This document shows, piece after piece, positions 60,301 through 64,000 of a stretch of 64,000 bases of DNA. Each line of letters begins with the position of its first letter. Positions within the stretch are counted from its first letter, which is position 1. The position numbers and the translations under genes are program-made. The stretch is from the IMG/VR virus record IMGVR_UViG_3300002835_000013; one strand, written 5' to 3'. The stretch is from a virus. Under the pieces are notes generated by a model that worked only from the letters and a program-made list of their open reading frames with translations, did no database searches and was not told where the DNA came from.

Positions 60301-63300
60301 CCCTGGGTACCATAGACAACGATTGATGTTGACTTGTTAGATAGCTGTTCGTCAGGCATAATGGTTGTGTCAATCCAAATATCCTGATCTGGATATAGAT
60401 TGACATTTCCTAGGAATAGCCAAGACTGACGCTCAACATTGATATCGGTTGTTACTCTTTCTTGTGCGTAGTGTAGAACTTCGGTGTAGTTTAGAGTAAT
60501 AACTGGATTGTTTAGCTTGACGTTGGTACCGCCCTGATAGTCATAAGCAATTGTTTCCATCTTATACAATGAACGAATTGACTTCTCTTCAGGATCGAAA
60601 GTAATTCTCTGTTCTGGATCGTATGTCGCAGATAGTGAACTGTCTCTAAAGTTATCTGTAAAGATACCATTCTTGAATCGATCTAGACCGTTTTCATCTA
60701 GAATCTTCATCTGTGTGGCTGCTCTTTCTAGAACAGATAGAGATGTGTAGTATTCTAGATTTACAATGCGCTCCTTGAGAACACCAATGTCTCTCATCGT
60801 GAAGCGAATGTTTGAAAGTCTTCTTGACGAACAAGCCAAGTCTTCTCTACCAAGAGCAATAGCGTATGCAGGTGATAGAGATGGATATGGGACAACTGTC
60901 AATGAAGCAAGAGCCATTGTTCCAGGTAGCAATTCTGGTGTCTTTGGATTTAGACCAGGAACACCCTTGATTACTTGAAACTTGTTGTCCTTGTTAACCA
61001 CGATAAGATCGGTTCTACCAAGATAGTAGTAATAGTCGAAAGTTACAACCGATGAAGGCACGGGAAACTTTAGACCACCACCAGATGCCTGATAGGTTGT
61101 CGATGCCGTTGGATTAGCAGTCGCCGCCGCTGGTGTGGTAGCGTCGGCAGAACTATTAACCTTAACAGGTCTAAAGTCAAGATGATTTCTTAAATCAAAT
61201 GTCTTACCTGTTGTTGGTGACTTATAAACAGGAACATTTTCTGTTCTAATGTTTTGTTCTGGATTGAATAGAGCATCGTTATCCTGAATTGGATAAGAGT
61301 CAATTGAGAAATAACCCGAACCAACTGTAAAGTCAGGAGAGAAGTAATCTAGTTCTACCAGTAGATATGTGTTATTAGCCAGAGTTACTTTTGGCTTGAT
61401 TGTTGCATGATCGTATAGTGTGTCCTTCTGTCCATTATTGAATACGAACGAAGAAACAACATTAGAACCAGCAGTATTTGATGCAGGATAAGATCCCGCT
61501 TGTGATCTAATCGAACGGATTCGATACACATCAGAGAAACCTAAATCGAACGGACCACGAAGTCCAGCTGTATTAGTTTCGGGTCTAATCTTGACATATC
61601 TTCTGGTTCTTAGTGTCTTCTTGATTTCTAGTGCTGTTGATCTAGCAATAGGATAAGTTGCTGTCACATAGAATGTAGCTGGAAATGACTCTCTAAGATT
61701 GAACTGGAGAGATGTTGATGTCGCAGTTACAATTCTTTGTCTTCCATCGTCGTTACCAACGCCGGCCATGTTGATCATATCACCGGATCTATAAACTTTC
61801 GAGAGAGTATTACCTGTTAGCGCCGCAGGAAGATTAGCGTCTACAGTTAGACTTGTATCGCCTGAGATGCCAGTTACATAATAGATGTTGGTATTACCAG
61901 AAATCTGAATCTTATCACCAACATTTAGACGAGTAAATCTGGTTCCAAGTCCTACTAGTGTTCTTCCGGTATTGCTTGATGTTAGACCAGTCATAGAAAT
62001 AGCGATAACATTCGCACCAGCAGTTGTCTGGTTGAATGTCAGATAGTAATTACTTGCTGACGATCCGCTATATGTTCCAGGAATAAATGTCTCAACACCA
62101 GGTGATAGTGTTAGAGTAAAGATACCATTACTTGACACCTGAACAGAAGAAGCAACGCCGTCTGTCTTGCTGTATTGATAATTGGTATCGGTCGATGAAA
62201 CATCACTAACACTTCTTACAGTCTTGGTATAATCTGAACCTGTATAGAATAGAAGTGGCGACTCTGGAATTCTTTGTAGAATGGCATTGTTAGCGACGTC
62301 CAGAACGGCGTCAGCGCCTGGTGCAGGATTTACACCGGAAGCGGCAGCATAGAAACTTCTTACGTTTGAGAATACGTTCGACCCAAGCATCTTGATATCA
62401 GACAGATAAACATTATATCTGGCGTCATATCCTGGTGTTCCTGTAACATACTCATAAGAAAGTAGTGTAGCAGAACCGATCTTGCTTCCTGTTTGTGAAG
62501 CAATAGACCACTTCTTTTCAGAAATTCGATTCTGTGCGGTATTGTAAAGGTCGATAGAATTGCCTTTGTTTAGCTCCCAACCACCAACAAACTCATCAAC
62601 TGTTACATAAGACCCTGGTGTGAAGCCAACTAGCTGTGCGTTGACGTTGGATGTTGTTAGTCCTTTTTCAACAGAAAGGTCTACAGTTGCTAGTGAACCA
62701 ACCTGATATCCCTCACAGTAACCTGTTCCTGGAGAAACACCAGCATAAAGAAGTGAGTTATTTCCGTTAGCGTAACGACCGAAGTTTGAACCGGTGTCAT
62801 CATGCTCTTTGATTTGAACTTCCATGCCATTGATAACATAATCACCAGAGTTGTCATGCGTTCTACGAGCCATGGCATCATTGATATAAGAATACTGTGT
62901 GTTAGCTAGAAACGATGTGGCGACACCATTCTCTAGTGTGAATAGTGATACAAAGTTCTGAACATCGACGGCATCGTTAGCACCTACGACAGCTAGTTCT
63001 GGATTTAGCTTTAGACGATCAGCACCTGGAGCAGAGAAGTTAGATGCTTCCTGTGCTGGATCAAGTAGCGAAGAATCTGCGGATGCATTGACAATTTCTT
63101 CTGTAATGTAAAACCCGACTCTTGCTGTTGGATTGGCATCATATCTGCTAACGATAATAGATGAATCCGGGAAAGCAATAAAGTGATTTTTCGCAAAGAG
63201 AACACCAGCAGAGATAGCAAAGCGGCAACCAAATCCAGTAGGAGCAGGATCGGTGTTGTGAACAACTAGGGTGTATGGAGTATTGCCAATGTTTGCTGTT

Positions 63301-63827
63301 AGTGTTTCGCCTGCCTGGAATACCTTTTGTGTGGCATTAGAGGTAGATGCTGAGGTATAAGCAACATAAATTGTCTTGGTATTCTGTAAAGATTGAACAC
63401 CATCTAGTGTCTGGACAAGTTGTGCGGTGATGTTGGTTGTTGAACCACGAAGCTCTACTCTGGTATTGCCTGCCTGTTTGCCCTGGTAGATAAAGTTTTC
63501 CCAAGCAGCCATGCTAACTGTATTACCAGTAGCGTCTGTGTCCAAAACTTTTACGTAACGAGCCGCACGACCAGCGGTTAGACCTGCATTAGTTTCTAGG
63601 TAGAAAGCACCAGGAATGACGATTGTGCCGTCCTTGAAAATGTTACGACCAAATCGCTGAATCTGCTCTTGGAGAGTTGTCTGGATTTGTGTTAGTTCTC
63701 TGGCCTGTACCGCATAACCAGGCTTAAATAGAATGCGATAAAAACCCTTTGTAGCATCATAATCATCGTAATATGGTGTTACATTGAAGTCTGTAGTTAG
63801 CGCCGTAACATTAGCAGTATTTGCCAT
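57321..63827 (-). CDS. Giant virion structural protein (DUF4815/VrlC-like)
   Basis: FNVTPYYDDY...FYRILFKPG.AVQARELTQ.Q, FTMRDIG.L..RI.NLEYYTSLS.LE, RFKNG.F.D.F, P.+.DLRAIAL. Confidence 0.88.
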   Translation of the reverse strand: MANTANVTALTTDFNVTPYYDDYDATKGFYRILFKPGYAVQARELTQIQTTLQEQIQRFGRNIFKDGTIVIPGAFYLETNAGLTAGRAARYVKVLDTDATGNTVSMAAWENFIYQGKQAGNTRVELRGSTTNITAQLVQTLDGVQSLQNTKTIYVAYTSASTSNATQKVFQAGETLTANIGNTPYTLVVHNTDPAPTGFGCRFAISAGVLFAKNHFIAFPDSSIIVSRYDANPTARVGFYITEEIVNASADSSLLDPAQEASNFSAPGADRLKLNPELAVVGANDAVDVQNFVSLFTLENGVATSFLANTQYSYINDAMARRTHDNSGDYVINGMEVQIKEHDDTGSNFGRYANGNNSLLYAGVSPGTGYCEGYQVGSLATVDLSVEKGLTTSNVNAQLVGFTPGSYVTVDEFVGGWELNKGNSIDLYNTAQNRISEKKWSIASQTGSKIGSATLLSYEYVTGTPGYDARYNVYLSDIKMLGSNVFSNVRSFYAAASGVNPAPGADAVLDVANNAILQRIPESPLLFYTGSDYTKTVRSVSDVSSTDTNYQYSKTDGVASSVQVSSNGIFTLTLSPGVETFIPGTYSGSSASNYYLTFNQTTAGANVIAISMTGLTSSNTGRTLVGLGTRFTRLNVGDKIQISGNTNIYYVTGISGDTSLTVDANLPAALTGNTLSKVYRSGDMINMAGVGNDDGRQRIVTATSTSLQFNLRESFPATFYVTATYPIARSTALEIKKTLRTRRYVKIRPETNTAGLRGPFDLGFSDVYRIRSIRSQAGSYPASNTAGSNVVSSFVFNNGQKDTLYDHATIKPKVTLANNTYLLVELDYFSPDFTVGSGYFSIDSYPIQDNDALFNPEQNIRTENVPVYKSPTTGKTFDLRNHLDFRPVKVNSSADATTPAAATANPTASTTYQASGGGLKFPVPSSVVTFDYYYYLGRTDLIVVNKDNKFQVIKGVPGLNPKTPELLPGTMALASLTVVPYPSLSPAYAIALGREDLACSSRRLSNIRFTMRDIGVLKERIVNLEYYTSLSVLERAATQMKILDENGLDRFKNGIFTDNFRDSSLSATYDPEQRITFDPEEKSIRSLYKMETIAYDYQGGTNVKLNNPVITLNYTEVLHYAQERVTTDINVERQSWLFLGNVNLYPDQDIWIDTTIMPDEQLSNKSTSIVVYGTQGANVRYSTEQYGMEVVVLSSNNEVRQANTNFGTFKANATVGVVDTLVNTTWNAWKRWVTGYKVYRGSGAGKTLVGTYSTYDSARAAANANNPIGGSGVTIETVYNNQRTGTQYWETNSADVVESGYKIVDIQSYPYIRQQMITVRCTGMKPFTQMWPYFDSVPMANNARPVTANQFGWIIANQPGLPSNTVIDLTRGTSSANNITTPAFPSNLENWIPLGSTLVTDKDGVLTFQMQIPRGQFRVGQRPVLVIDSRTPVDPNAVRNRTEVPADISTGGQALFTASGTAVSKQRSILSTKTVSYHTEAIRQDTSSSEWESIAAPPPPPPASHSCTAYSFLARAPKGEEGIFLTSVDIFVSRIGRQGFWCEIREMDAGQQITRNTVPYSEVFFNNPATVPISPNGRTNPCKVVFPAPVFLYNDTQYAFIIHPLNANPDVYVWISRLGQTDINGLGPVVDRRGTGTFYQTNNNTNWDIIPDVDLAVKFYRADFVKDVDGIAYLGNRSMDKLFVKNESINFIDNYGEPFISGDKLTLSGANGSIAVGDIINGRTSFQNSTVVSVAGGLIHCSNTGYFDGEVINVLHAANSLYKGVSATISDKYNAYGTLSYYVDGPDTSLVHLTGSGGGFVNGDYVIAATDWSKRGRLERVESISNFRYSTMSFEPSFLSFELTDINFKVRPTNVDGTFGSFIDVDPSETYYFKTEQGLFSKSLEISQLSNQRSMNVQVNMRTASNSVSPVIDVSRTHCVLIDNIINNDTAGETLPTHGLLLNKYISKVVTLAEGQDAEDMQVMLTAYRPPGTDVKVWLKVLNAEDDTPVAERPWVELYKRSPGDVRYSSIDNLDDFIEYTYLVPLSTVDRLTLNSTKLGANANQTSIIPGNRLDGLTSGFYSIVNSVEGSGNGAIYVMSASGFAAGESANVVNTATGNVVGNTVITTLGRPAALIGGTSNVISYTTDNGVTYQSYKYFAIKVGLLNDGENTAVVPRVGDLRAIALQK

Positions 63828-63842
63828 TTTCTATTCTTTCCC

Positions 63843-64000
63843 TTAGAAACTTAGTAGAATTTTGAAATCTTCGTTCTGGTCGATTGAACGCTCGATAGGA
63901 ACTATATGATCTATATATAAAAGTTTTCCAGTATATGCTTCCATATCAGGTAATTGAACCGAACTAACATATCTTGATGTTGTCGTGGTATTACCAGTGA
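63843..64000 (-). CDS. 8: Baseplate wedge gp8, C-terminal end (partial)
   Basis: Manual translation ...YTGKLLYIDHIVPIERSIDQNEDFKILLSF* matches the gp8 C-terminal pattern G.+LY+..R.PI.R..DQ.E...+..F. Confidence 0.75.
   Translation of the reverse strand, partial: TGNTTTTSRYVSSVQLPDMEAYTGKLLYIDHIVPIERSIDQNEDFKILLSF

Overview
This window is a 64 kb segment of a T4-like (T4 superfamily) myophage genome, with essentially all genes on the minus strand. The host is probably an alphaproteobacterium, inferred from the FtsH sequence and a GapR-like 'IGHNS' DNA-binding protein. From right to left it holds the end of baseplate gp8, a giant DUF4815-type virion protein, a large tail-fibre region, neck genes 13-15, a second fibre module, terminase 16/17, tail 18/19, portal 20, internal head proteins, genes 21/22/23, gp3, uvsY/uvsW and late sigma gp55. 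It continues with gp47-[FtsH, HNH-AP2]-gp46, a glycosyl/methyltransferase island, a CobT/CobS-like VWA/AAA+ pair, dNMP kinase, clamp and clamp loader (45, 44, 62) and the start of regA. The main non-standard signals are four. (1) An intergenic H-type pseudoknot at 4554-4620 whose free loop is exactly complementary to a leader/RBS shared by neighbouring early transcripts, a candidate anti-RBS small-RNA switch. (2) A perfect sigma70 promoter pointing antisense into two GCGAAGC DNA mini-hairpins near uvsW/uvsY, a candidate R-loop origin. (3) A full-length phage FtsH inside the 47/46 operon. (4) A TAGT + FkbM putative DNA hypermodification cassette. All family assignments come from motif recognition by eye, not from database searches.
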